Positions 9,033 through 19,325 of a stretch of 64,000 nucleotides of DNA are shown piece after piece. This stretch comes from an uncultured Chloroflexia bacterium (lineage in GTDB: Bacteria; Chloroflexota; Limnocylindria; Limnocylindrales; CSP1-4), in assembly GCA_963778155.1 (NCBI GenBank), contig CAVZTK010000021.1, forward strand, positions 392,245 to 456,244. The letters run 5' to 3'. The first letter of the stretch is position 1. Each line of letters opens with the position of its first letter. The position numbers were made by a program, and so were the translations under genes. Below the pieces are notes generated by a model. It saw only the letters and a program-made list of their open reading frames with translations. It was not told the origin of the DNA and searched no databases.

Positions 9033-10121
9033 TCAGGCCCGCGGCGGCCGATTGTTGACGAACTCGAAGCCGAAGCGGCCCTTGATGCAGAGATGGCCGT
9101 CGGTCACCGACGAATTGGTCGGCGAGGTGACCTTGACGATCCGGTCGTCCTGTTCGTGGAGCGAGACCGCGCAGCCCACCCCGCAGTACGGGCAGATCGT
9201 GTCGGTCACGGTCTGGGCGGACTCGTCCCAGGTGCCCGCCTCGCGCATGTCGTACTCGGACTTGAACATCAGCGCGCCGGTCGGGCAGACGCCGATGCAG
9301 TTGCCGCAGTAGACGCACGCCGACTCGGGCAGCGGCACGGCCTGCTCGGTCGAGATCCGTGCGTCGAAGCCGCGCCCCGCGACCGCGATGGCAAACGTGT
9401 TCTGCGCTTCCTCGCCGCACGCGTCGACGCACTTGTAGCAGAGGATGCACTTCGAGTAGTCGCGGACGTACAGGTTGTTGTCGACCTTGGTCGGCTGCGC
9501 GACCGTGGCCGCCGCCGCGTCCCCAGCAGGCGCGTGGTGGTGGCCCGCTTCGTGGCCATCGCGCTCCCCGGGCTGGGCGGGTGCCGCCGGAGGCCCGAAG
9601 CGTGCCGGGTCGGCGCCGTACCGCTCGGCATAGCCGGCGATCGAGCCGTCGGGAGCGATCGGGCCCGCCAGCGACAGATCCACCGACGACCCCAGGAATT
9701 CGAGCACCATCCGGCGCGACAGCCGGACTCGGTCGGAGTCGGTCTTGACGTCCATGCCGGCCTCGACCGGTCGCGAGCATGCCGGCACAAGCACGCGCGA
9801 CCCCGTGACCTCGACGACGCACACCCGGCAGACGTTGACCGGCGTCAGGTTCTCGGCGTAGCACAGCGTCGGGGTGTCGATGCCCTGGGCACGGCAGGCG
9901 CCAAGGATCGTCGTCCCGGCCGGGACGGTCACCGCGACCCCGTCGATCGTCAGGGCCACCGGTGGCGGCGCCTCGACCGGTGGCGGCGCGGGCGGCCGCG
10001 ACGCGCGGGCCGGTGGCGTCAGCACGATCTCGGTCAGCGGCTGGGCGGCCGGGTCCTCGCCGAGATGCGGCGCCTGCGGGTCGGGCGCGGGGTCGCGATC
10101 CATGCTCAGGCCGTCGGTCAC
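9033..10121 (-). CDS. NAD-dependent formate dehydrogenase alpha-subunit N-terminal Fe-S module (2Fe-2S + NuoG-type 4Fe-4S + MopB-type Fe4S4 domain), HoxU/HylA/FdsA-N-like; no molybdopterin domain
   Basis: 362-aa ORF: ..[18 protein letters not shown]...CRVCVVEV...[13 protein letters not shown]...[16 protein letters not shown]...[13 protein letters not shown]...[21 protein letters not shown]. It stops directly after the Fe4S4 domain, where fused FdsA proteins continue with ..HRLTKPLIR. Its start overlaps the stop of the nuoF-like gene. Confidence 0.85.
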   Translation of the reverse strand: MTDGLSMDRDPAPDPQAPHLGEDPAAQPLTEIVLTPPARASRPPAPPPVEAPPPVALTIDGVAVTVPAGTTILGACRAQGIDTPTLCYAENLTPVNVCRVCVVEVTGSRVLVPACSRPVEAGMDVKTDSDRVRLSRRMVLEFLGSSVDLSLAGPIAPDGSIAGYAERYGADPARFGPPAAPAQPGERDGHEAGHHHAPAGDAAAATVAQPTKVDNNLYVRDYSKCILCYKCVDACGEEAQNTFAIAVAGRGFDARISTEQAVPLPESACVYCGNCIGVCPTGALMFKSEYDMREAGTWDESAQTVTDTICPYCGVGCAVSLHEQDDRIVKVTSPTNSSVTDGHLCIKGRFGFEFVNNRPPRA

Positions 10122-11420
10122 AGGGCCACCATCCCGGGCTGCCGGAACGCCGACTCGATGGCCGACGATGCCGTCTGGCCCAGTCCGCAGATCGACGCGT
10201 CGCGCATGGCCTGGCCGATGTCCCGGAGGAGGACCAGCTCGTCATCGCGCGAGCGGACGTGCGACCCGGCCGCCAGCCGCGCCAGCAGCTCCTCCTGGCG
10301 GGCGCTCCCGACCCGGCACGGGACGCACTGGCCGCACGACTCGTCGCGGAAGAACTGGGCGATCCGACGCAGCGTGTCCACGAGGTCGGCTGTCTCGTCG
10401 AAGACCATGATCACGCCCGAGCCGAGCGTCGCGGCCGCCGCACGCGTCCCTTCGAAGGTCAGCGGCATGTCGAGCGCGTCGGGTCCGACGAACACGCCCG
10501 CCGCGCCGCCGAGCAGGATCGTCCGGATGGACCGGCCGCCGGGCACGCCGCCCGCCAGCTCGATCAGGTCGCGCAGCGTCGCCCCGAACTCGACCTCGTA
10601 GACGCCCGGCCGAGCGACGTGGCCGGACAGGCAGAACAGCTTCGGCCCGGTCGAGCCGTCCGTGCCGATCCGGGCGAACGCCTCGCCGCCACCGAGCACG
10701 ATGGCCGGCACGTTGGCGAGCGTCTCGACGTTGTTGACGACGGTCGGCTTGCCGAACAGCCCGACCTCGACCGGGAACGGTGGCTTGTTGCGCGGCTCGC
10801 CGCGCTTGCCCTCGATCGACTCGAACAGAGCCGTCTCCTCGCCGCAGATGTAGGCGCCCGCGCCGCGCCGGAGCTCGATGTCGAAGGCGAAGCCCGAGCC
10901 GAGGATGTCGGCGCCGAGCAGGCCCGCCTCACGGGCCCGGGCGATCGCGCCCGCGACGCGCGACTCCGCTTCCGGGTACTCGCCGCGGATGTACAGGTAG
11001 CCCTTGCCCGCGCCGGTCGCGAAGGCCGCGATGGTCATCGCCTCGACCGTGGCGAACGGATCGCCCTCGAGCAGGACGCGGTCCTTGAACGTGCCCGGCT
11101 CCGACTCGTCGGCGTTGCACACGAGGTAGTGCGGCTGCGCCGGGCTGGGTCGCGACCGCCGCCCACTTGCGGCCGGTCGGGAAGGCGGCCCCGCCGCGAC
11201 CCATCAGCTTGGACGCCGTGACCTCGGCGATGACCGCGTCGGCCCCGATCGCGAACGCCCGCTCGAGCGCCTGGTACCCGCCGTGTGCCCGGTAGTCGTC
11301 GAGCGAGGTCGGGTCGACGACGCCGATCCGACCGAGCAGATGTCGACGATCGGCGGCCGGCTGCGGGAGATCGAGTACGGCCGCCGGCCCGTTCCTGGAC
11401 GTGCCCCGACCCGGTCGCGG
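10118..11420 (-). CDS. NuoF/FdsB/HoxF-like NAD(H)-binding FMN Fe-S subunit (51-kDa type), with at least one frameshift near 11140
   Basis: The 10118..11122 frame gives ..[33 protein letters not shown].. The N-terminal ..[50 protein letters not shown] lies in the 10929..11597 frame. The junction is in a cccggc run. Confidence 0.8.
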
Positions 11421-12006
11421 CAGTCGTGGCGGTCGCCGATTCGAGCGCGGCAGTGACCCCGGCCGCATCGACCGGCGCGGCCGTCCAGGTCGTCGCCGTC
11501 TCGCCGGCGGCGGTGAACATGGCGGCCGGCGCCCGGTCGCACAGCCCGAGGCACGGACTGCGCAGCCACGTCGCGCGGCCGTCCCGGATCGGCTCACCGG
11601 CCGCCCCGACGGCCCGTGTCAGGTCAGCGCAGATCGCCTCCGCGCCGGCCAGCCGGCAGGCGATGTCGTCGCAGACATGGGCGACGACCGGTGGTCGGGG
11701 CGTCGTCGCGAAGAGGGCGTAGAACGTCGCGACGCCGTAGGCCTCGGCGGGAGCGACCGCGAGCCTCTTGCAGACGTAGTTGAGCGCGGGCGTGCTGATC
11801 CAGCCGATCCGCGACTGGATCGCGTGGAGGGCCGGGATCAGCTCCGCCCTGCGGGCGCGGATGGCATGGCCGCCGCGGGCCGCGTGGCCGTCGTTCCGCG
11901 CGTCGCGCGCCCCGCCGAACCAGCCCGAATCGGGCGGCCCGAGCACCGCGTCCACGGCGGCCCGTTCGGCCGGTGACGCGAGGGGGCCGATGACGTGGAG
12001 ATCCAT
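11420..12006 (-). CDS. NuoE/FdsG/HoxE-like 2Fe-2S thioredoxin-like subunit (24-kDa type); 3' end unresolved (possible fusion or frameshift with the nuoF-like gene)
   Basis: ATG at 12006: MDLHVIGP...ALHAIQSRIGWISTPALNYVCKRLAVAPAEAYGVATFYALF...VCDDIACRLAGAEAIC...CLGLCDRAPAAMF.. There is no in-frame stop before the nuoF-like domain begins. Confidence 0.7.
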
Positions 12007-13100
12007 CGCAGCCGAGTGTAGCGCCGGGTGTCAGGGCAGGGAGGGCGACCTCGGCCGGCCCCGAACGTCGGCCCTGACCCACCCGCGGCGCGGACCTTCG
12101 GCGGCGAGCCTAGCCCCGGAGGTCCTCGGCGACGTCCGTCGAGCGCCCCGGCCGCACCGATCTCCTCCATCCCCTGGCCCGCCTCGGCGAACCCGGCGGC
12201 CCCGATGTCCACGGCCGTCCGGCGGACGGATTCACCGACCACCATCTCCTCGGCGCCCTGGTAGCTGAGCGCCGCGCCCGATTCGGCCAGCTCGTCGCTC
12301 CGTTCGGCCAGGCCCTCGGCGACGACGAGCCGGGCGACACCTTCGGCCGCCTCCGTCTCGCCCAGGAACTCGACCCGCTCGCCGGTCTCGGCCAGCGCCC
12401 GTGCGATCGCACGCGTGCCGCCGGCGCGCACGATGGCGTCGACCGACACGCCGAGCAGCTCGTCGCCGCGGTCGGCCAGGAAGGTCGCGAGGACCGGCAT
12501 CCCGATCCGGCGGACGACGATGGCGACCGCCCCGAGCTCGCCGCTGACGCGCGCGATCTGAAGGCCGCGTTCGAGGTCGTCCTCGCTGATCGCCCCGACG
12601 ACCGCGCCGAGGAGCGAGATGTCCTCGGAGGTCGCGAGCAGCTGGGCACCCTGCTCGACGTCGTTGATCCCTGCCGCCGCGACCACGTCTCCGAGGGCCG
12701 ATACCCGGCCGGCGACGATCAGCTCGTCGGTCCCACGGGTGAAGTCGCTGGCACCCTCGACGACCGCGGCGCGTCCCGCCGCAGCGGCATCGGCCGCAGC
12801 GGCCACGACGTCGAGCCCGGCCTCGACACGGGCGGCCCCGTCGACCCTCTCGGCCTTGGCAGCGCGCGAGGCCAGGGCAGCCGTTTCCTTCGCGGCGCTT
12901 CGTGAGGCCGCCTTCGATGACGTCTTGCCCGATGTCCTGGTCGACGTCTTCGCCGAGCTCCGCGCCGTGGGCTTGGTCGCCGCCTTGGCCGCGGCCGCCC
13001 GGGTCGTGGTCTTGTCGGTCGCCGCTGCCGTGGTCTTGGCCGGCGTCTTCGCCGCGGGCTTGGCCGGACGCTTGCCGTTGCCCCCCGTCTTCGGTGGCAT
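12007..13100 (-). CDS. histone-like Lys/Ala-rich protein with a C-terminal Ala/Glu-rich repeat domain (hypothetical); 3' end unresolved
   Basis: MPPKTGGNGKRPAKPAAKTPAKTTAAATDKTTTRAAAAKAATKPTARSSAKTSTR.. is a basic AKP-repeat tail like the HU/H1-like C-termini of actinobacteria, followed by a repetitive acidic domain. The ORF (11838..13160) has no stop before the nuoE-like start at 12006, so a late frameshift is likely. Confidence 0.45.
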
Positions 13101-13282
13101 CACGATCCTCCTTTGCCCGACGAACTGGCGCGCCGGGCGGAATGCGAAGGCTAGCACCACCTGCGCCGCGAGGGTCCGAATCGGATCCGGTGAACGCGGT
13201 GTTATCGGGACTCCTACACTCCCGGGACGCGCCTTCGCGGGTCGGGTGTTCGACGACCGGGGCGCGGCACGAGGGGACGGGC

Positions 13283-15012
13283 ATGACGTCCACGTCCACG
13301 TCCACGGCCACGGCCAAGGCGCGCTCGCCGCTGCCCATCCTGCAGGGCGTCCTGCCGCTCGACCCGGCCCGCGTCCCGGTCGACATCATCGCCGGCGCCA
13401 CGCTCGCGGCACTGGCCATCCCCGAGGTCATGGGCTACACCAAGATCGCCGGGATGCCCGTCGTCACGGGTCTCTACACGCTGCTCCTGCCGGTCCTCCT
13501 GTTCGCCATCTTCGGGTCGTCGCGCCATCTGGTCGTCGGTGCCGATTCGGCGACGGCGGCGATCCTGGCGACGGGCCTTCTCGCGACCGGGGCGGTCGCG
13601 GGATCGCCCCAGTACACGGCGCTGGCCGGACTCGCCGCGCTGATGTGCGGTGTCACCCTGCTCGCCGCGCGCCTGCTGCGGCTCGGGTTCATCGCCAACT
13701 TCCTGTCGCGCAGCGTCCTCATCGGGTTCCTCACGGGCGTCGGCATCCAGGTCGCGATGGGCCAGGTGGCGGGCATGTTCGGGGTCGATGCCGGCAGCGG
13801 CACCACGCTCGAGAAGTTCGCCAACACGCTCCGCGCGATCGCCGCCGGTGACACCGTGCGTGGCGACCCTGGCGGTCTCGATCGCGGTCCTCGTCACCAT
13901 CGTCGGGCTCGGCGCCGTCAACAAGAAGATCCCGGGCGCGCTCATCGCGGTCGTCGGCTCGATCGTGCTCAGCAAGGCGCTCGACCTGTCGGCCAAGGGC
14001 GTCACGACGCTCGGTCCCATCCAGGGCGGGCTTCCCGCGATCGGCCTGCCGCAGGACGTCATCACGATCGACAACATCGTCGCCCTGCTGCCGATGGTCC
14101 TCTCCCTGTTCGTCGTGATCCTCGCCCAGAGCGCGGCGACGTCGCGCGCCTACGCCATGAAATACGGCGACAGCTTCGAGGAGAACGTGGACCTGGTCGG
14201 CCTCGGGCTGGCCAGCCTCGGTGCCGGCGTGACCGGCACGTTCCCGGTCAACGGCAGCCCGACCAAGACCGAGATGGTCGACAGCGCGGGCGGCCGGAGC
14301 CAGGTGTCGCAGCTGACGGCCGGGGCGATCGTCGTCGTCGTGCTGCTGTTCCTGACCGGTCCGCTCGCCGACATGCCGAACGCGGTCCTCGCGGCCGTCG
14401 TGTTCCTGATCGGCATCCGGCTCGTCGACTACCTCGGGATGAACGACATCCTGCGTGTCCGTCGCGACGAATTCGTCGTCGCCGCGGTGACGGCGGCGGT
14501 GGTCGTGATCGTCGGTGTCGAGCAGGGGATCATCCTGGCCATCGTCCTGTCGATCATCATCCACGTCCGGCACAGCTACCACCCGTACGACCGGCTGGTG
14601 ACGCGTGGCGGCGGATGGCAGCCCGACCTTCTCGTCCATCGAGAGCGGGACGCAGGCGCTGCCGGGCCTGGTCATCTACCGCTTCGGGGCGGGCCTGTAC
14701 TACGCCAACGCGACCCTCTTCACCGCCGAGATCATCGAGCTGGCGACGACCGCCGACCCGCCGCTCACGTGGCTCGTCCTGTCGGCGTCGGCGATGGGTG
14801 ACATCGACTACTCCGGTGCCGACGCGGTCCGGGCGGTCCACGAGGAGCTCGCGTCGCGGGGCGTGACCCTCGTCATCGCCGAGGTCGATCCGCTGGTCAT
14901 GAAGCTGCTCGATGCGTACGGGCTGACGGACAAGATCGGGAAGGCGAACATCTACCCGACGACGCGCGAGGCGATCGAGGCCTACCGGCCGACGACCGCG
15001 GCCGCGTCATGA
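13283..15012 (+). CDS. SulP family sulfate permease with C-terminal STAS domain, with two frameshifts (near 13855 and near 14610)
   Basis: ATG at 13283 (MTSTSTSTATAKARSPLPILQGV...) and the SulP transmembrane core are in the 12902 frame. The core continues in the 13650 frame (..TLAVSIAVLVTIVGLGAVNKKIPGALIAVVGSIVLSKAL..). The STAS domain is in the 14605 frame (..LVIYRFGAGLYYANATLF...VTLVIAEVDPLVMKLLDAYGL..). The stop at 15010-15012 overlaps the next gene's ATG (ATGA). Confidence 0.85.
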
Positions 15013-16438
15013 CCGATGCCCTGCGGCCCGTCACCGACGCGCCGCAACGCGCCGGCGCGGCAGGCTCGGGCTCATGCGCCGCCTCTGACGAGGCCGTCGG
15101 GCTGGCGTCCGGCGAAGGATCGGCCGGACCCGGTCGCCCTCCTCGAGGAGCAGGCGGCGACCCGGATCCCGGAGCTCATGCCCGTCCGATACGGCCGGAT
15201 GATGGCATCGCCGTTCGCGTTCTACCGTGGCGCGGCGCTGCTGATGGCGGCCGACCTGACGACGCTCCCGGTCAGCGGGATCCAGTCGCAGCTGTCGCGG
15301 GGACGCGCATCTCAGCAACTTCGGGATGTTCGCGTCGCCGGAGCGAGACCTCGTCTTCGACATCACCGACTTCGACGAGACGCTGGTCGGTCCGTGGGAA
15401 TGGGACCTGCTCCGATTGGCGGCCAGCCTGGTCGTCGCCGCGCGTGGGCGCGGCTTCGATGCCCACATCGCGCGTCACGCCGTGCATGAGGCGGTCCGCT
15501 CGTATGCGACACGCATGACCGAGTACGCCGCGATGCCGGCGATCGACGTCTACTACTCCAAGGTCGATGCGCATGCCATCCTCGGGTTCACCGACGTCCG
15601 GGCACGCACCTATCTGCAGGACACGATCAAGGCGGCGGCGCACCACGACGCTCTCCACGAGCTTCCGAAGATCACCGAGCTGACCGGCGGGAGGCGCCGG
15701 ATCGTCGACCACCCGCCGGTGATCACCCATCCGGCGGAGTTCACGACGCCGCTTGCCGAGACGGCTCTGCAGGGCTATCGCGAGAGCCTCCAGGAGGACC
15801 GACGCGTCCTGCTCGACCGCTACCATCTGGTGGACTGGGCCATGAAGGTGGTCGGGATCGGGAGCGTCGGACTGGGCGCGTTCGTCGCCCTGTTGCTCGG
15901 GACCGGCGACGGCGATCCGCTGTTCCTCCAGGCCAAGGAGGCAGAGGCATCGATCCTCGAGCGGTTCCTGAAGCCGAGCCCCTACCCGTCGCACGGCGAG
16001 CGGATCGTGACCGGGCAACGACGGCTCCAGGCGACCAGCGACATCCTGCTCGGCTGGACGATCGGGGAGCGCGGCCGCCACGTCTACGTCCGCCAGCTCC
16101 AGGACCAGAAGGGTGCCGCCGTCGTCGAAGCGATGACCGCCGACGACCTCGAGGAGTGGGGCGAGCTGTGTGCCTGGGCCCTCGCTCGCGGCCACGCCCG
16201 GTCCGGCGACCCGGCGGTGATCGCGGGTTATCTGGGCGACGGCGTGGCATTCGGCCACGCGGCCGGCGACTTCGCGACCGCCTACGCCGACCAGACCGAG
16301 CGGGATCTCGACCACGTTCAAGGCCGCCATCAAGGCGGGCCGGATCAAGGCCGAGCAGGGGGTCTGACCACGGGCCGCCGACCGGCGGTCCGCCGGACTG
16401 GGGCCGCTGTTAGGCTTGGGCCCGCACGGGTCGCCTGA
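15009..16438 (+). CDS. DUF2252 domain protein, with frameshifts near 15035 and near 15300
   Basis: ..RPDPVALLEEQAATRIPELMPVRYGRMMASPFAFYRGAALLMAADL..(shift)..GDAHLSNFGMFASPERDLVFDITDFDETL.. are hallmark DUF2252 motifs. The junction (ctgtcgcgggga) carries one extra C. Confidence 0.8.
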
Positions 16439-16444
16439 GGGGGA

Positions 16445-17914
16445 GTGGAGATGACCATGGCTGACGAACCGGTCGCGAACGCCGCGACGCTCCAACCGCG
16501 TTCGCGCCGGCGTCGGAGCATCCTGGCGGGCGTCGTCCTCGTCCTCGCCTGCCTGTCGATCGTGCTCACCACGGTCGCGGTGTGGACACACCAGGTCGCC
16601 TTCAACACGGACCGCTTCACGGCCCTGGTGACGAATGTGGTCGCCGATCCGGAGGTCATCGACCCGCTCAGCGCCCGGATCAGCCAGCAGGTGGTCGATG
16701 CGGTCGGCGTCCAGGCGAGGATCGAGGCGCGGCTCCCGGACGCCGTGAAGCCCCTCGCCGCCTCGCTGACGGTGGCCATCCGCGACGCCATCGACAAGCG
16801 CCTGCAGGTCGCGCTCTCCAACCCGAAGGTCCAGGCGGCGCTCCTGACGTCCGTCTCGTTCACCCACGCCCAGGTCATGGCCGTCCTGCGCGGCGATCCG
16901 GACAACGTGAACATCGTCGATGGCTACGTGACGGTCGACGTCTTCCCGATCGTCGGGGCGGCGCTCCAGCAGCTCCAGGAGATCGGGCTGATCCCGGCCA
17001 ACGTCCAGCTGCCGGACCTCTCGACGCCCCAACAGCCGGGCGTCCTCGCCCAGCGCGTGGCGACGGTGCTCGGCGTGACGCTCCCCGCTGACTTCGGCAC
17101 GATCCAGCTGATGCCGGCCGACAAGCTCCTCGCCGCGCGGACCGCCGTCCAGGCGTTCGACATCATCGTCGCGGTGCTCATCGCCCTGAGCATCCTCCTC
17201 GTGGCGCTCGCGCTGTGGCTGGCCGACCGACGGCGCCGGATGGTGATCTTCCTGGCGATCGGCACGATCATCGCGTTCGTCATCGCCCGGACGCTGATCC
17301 GCGGCGCCGAGGGGGCCATCGTTGGCGGGATCGCCGACCAGGATCTCGCGGGCGCGGTGCGCACGACCCTCGACGCCGTCTTCGACGACCTGCGCGGTCT
17401 GACCCTGATCGTGCTGATCGGGACCGCGATCGTGGGCGTCGCGGCGTACCTGTGGGGCCGGCCGGCGTGGGTCGTGACCGGTGCCCAGGCCGTCGGCGGC
17501 GTGGCGGGTCAGGCAGGTTCGGCGGTCGCCGGGCAGGCCGGCGCCGGGCGGACCGGGATGACCGAGGTGGTCCGCGACAACCGGACCACCGTCGAACGCG
17601 CCGGTCTGGCCCTCATCGCCTTCATCGTCGTGTGGCTGGTGGTCGGGATCGAGGTCGCCATCCTTGCGGCGGCACTGGTTGCCGGTCTCGAGCTGGTCCT
17701 CGGGGCGATCGGGACGAAGCCGGAGGAGACGGCCGCGCCGGTCGACACGCCGCCCGCGGCGCCAGTCGAGGCGGCGCCCGTCGCGGCCGTGGAACCGCCC
17801 GCTGCAGCTCCTGCTCCGGTCGAGACGCCACCTGCCGCACCGGCTGCGACCCCGCCTGCCGCCGCGAAACGCACGAGAAGCCCGAGGACCACGAAGGGCA
17901 CCAAGGGCTCGTAA
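16445..17914 (+). CDS. integral membrane protein (hypothetical, 489 aa, intact)
   Basis: Several predicted TM helices and a C-terminal Pro/Ala-rich tail (..PPAAPVEAAPVAAVEPPAAAPAPVETPPAAPAATPPAAAKRTRSPRTTKGTKGS). It starts 7 nt after the DUF2252 stop. Confidence 0.6.
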   Translation: MEMTMADEPVANAATLQPRSRRRRSILAGVVLVLACLSIVLTTVAVWTHQVAFNTDRFTALVTNVVADPEVIDPLSARISQQVVDAVGVQARIEARLPDAVKPLAASLTVAIRDAIDKRLQVALSNPKVQAALLTSVSFTHAQVMAVLRGDPDNVNIVDGYVTVDVFPIVGAALQQLQEIGLIPANVQLPDLSTPQQPGVLAQRVATVLGVTLPADFGTIQLMPADKLLAARTAVQAFDIIVAVLIALSILLVALALWLADRRRRMVIFLAIGTIIAFVIARTLIRGAEGAIVGGIADQDLAGAVRTTLDAVFDDLRGLTLIVLIGTAIVGVAAYLWGRPAWVVTGAQAVGGVAGQAGSAVAGQAGAGRTGMTEVVRDNRTTVERAGLALIAFIVVWLVVGIEVAILAAALVAGLELVLGAIGTKPEETAAPVDTPPAAPVEAAPVAAVEPPAAAPAPVETPPAAPAATPPAAAKRTRSPRTTKGTKGS

Positions 17915-18046
17915 GACCTCGCGGTCCTCAGACCATCGCCAGCTGTTGGTGCGTCGGCGCACCAGCCCGGGCACGAAGCAGGCGAACCTCCGCAAATCTG
18001 GGTGGACGCGCGCCGTCGCGTGGACTACACAGAAGTGTCGCAAACC

Positions 18047-18061
18047 GACCCTATCCGGGTC
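18047..18061 (+). promoter_or_regulatory. palindrome GACCCTATCCGGGTC upstream of the cupredoxin gene (CsoR-like operator candidate)
   Basis: Inverted repeat GACCC-N5-GGGTC in a locally lower-GC leader about 30 nt upstream of the RBS/ATG at 18092. It resembles the Bacillus CsoR box TACCCTACGGGGGTA. Confidence 0.2.
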
Positions 18062-18091
18062 TCGTTCAGAGCGCGCAGGAGAGGTGGCTTC

Positions 18092-19261
18092 ATGATCAGA
18101 ACCCGGTGGCGCATCGCAGCCGCAGGCGCCTCGTTGTTCATGCTCGGTCAGCTCGTCCTTGCCGCCCCGGTCGGGGCGACGACTGGTCAGGCGACGGTGA
18201 CCGCCGACATGCCATCTGCCGTGCCGGCTGGCCGGCTCTGGAGCTTCAACGATTTCTTCCCGCGGACAGTCACGGTGAAGACCGGATCCGACCTCCAGTT
18301 CACGAACGAGGGGTTCCATACGTTCACGGTCCTCCCGGCCGGCGACACGGCGAAGCAGGACTGGCAGACGAACGGCGCCGCCATCGACGATACCGACGAC
18401 ACCGCGCTCAACCCCAATGGCACGACCCACGCGGCATTCAATATCCCGGCGCTGCTGCCGACCTGCGGGCCGGCGCCGCTACCGTCGTGCACGTTCGACG
18501 GGAGTTCGACCATCAACATCAGCCCACTAGGCCCTCCCGGTCCGGTCGACGTCCACGTCTCTGCCGATCCCGGGACGTATGTCTTCATCTGCCGGATCCA
18601 TCCGGGCATGAGCGGCACGCTCAAGGTCGTCGCGGCCAACGCGAAGGTCCCGAGCCAGACGCAGGTCGATCAGCAGGTCAGCAAGCAGGTCGACAAGGAC
18701 CTGAAGGGCGCGTGGCAGGCCGACAAGAAGGCCAACCACGACGCGATCACTCAGAACAAGGATGGGTCGCGGACGCTGCACGTGACAGCAGGCACGTCGA
18801 GCAAGGACGGCAAGGTGGCGCTGCTCGAATTCTTCCCCCGCAACCTTGATGCCAAGCCCGGTGACAAGGTCGTCTTCACGCCGCGCTCGCCGAACGAACC
18901 CCACACCGTGACCTTCCCGATGGACTTCGGGACCGACATGATCAACCTCTGCGAGGACGGATCGTCGGATACGCCGTTCGGGCCTCCCGATTTCTCGTGT
19001 CCCGACCACCCAGGTCAAGGGCCCGACGAGGTCGAATTCGATGGCGGCAACGGCGTCTCGCATGTGACCCAACCGGGTCTCGACGGCACCGTCTCCGATT
19101 CGGGCACGATCGGGTCGCCGAAGGTCGCCAAGGGCTTCGGCATCCGCCAGAGTGACGTCCTGGGTTCGTGGACGATCTCGCTGAGTGGCGCGGCGCCGGG
19201 TACCTACACGTACGTCTGCCAGATCCACGACGGGATGGAGGCGACCATCACCGTCCACTGA
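18092..19261 (+). CDS. secreted two-domain cupredoxin (blue type-1 copper protein)
   Basis: Signal peptide MIRTRWRIAAAGASLFMLGQLVLAAPVGA, then two cupredoxin folds with C-terminal copper-ligand motifs (..YVFICRIHPGMSGTLKV.. and ..YTYVCQIHDGMEATITVH*). The ORF track starts it at 18002. Confidence 0.8.
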   Translation: MIRTRWRIAAAGASLFMLGQLVLAAPVGATTGQATVTADMPSAVPAGRLWSFNDFFPRTVTVKTGSDLQFTNEGFHTFTVLPAGDTAKQDWQTNGAAIDDTDDTALNPNGTTHAAFNIPALLPTCGPAPLPSCTFDGSSTINISPLGPPGPVDVHVSADPGTYVFICRIHPGMSGTLKVVAANAKVPSQTQVDQQVSKQVDKDLKGAWQADKKANHDAITQNKDGSRTLHVTAGTSSKDGKVALLEFFPRNLDAKPGDKVVFTPRSPNEPHTVTFPMDFGTDMINLCEDGSSDTPFGPPDFSCPDHPGQGPDEVEFDGGNGVSHVTQPGLDGTVSDSGTIGSPKVAKGFGIRQSDVLGSWTISLSGAAPGTYTYVCQIHDGMEATITVH

Positions 19262-19325
19262 CGGTCGACCGTCACAGCGCGATGGCCCGGGCTCAGGTCC
19301 GGGCCGTCGCCTTGTCCGGGATCGG

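Noticed and set aside
15272-18430. 1052-aa minus-strand ORF
   Set aside because: Antisense to three well-supported plus-strand genes (DUF2252, the membrane protein, the cupredoxin). The composition (R/G/D/P-rich, no domains) is typical of the wrong-frame complement of high-GC coding DNA.
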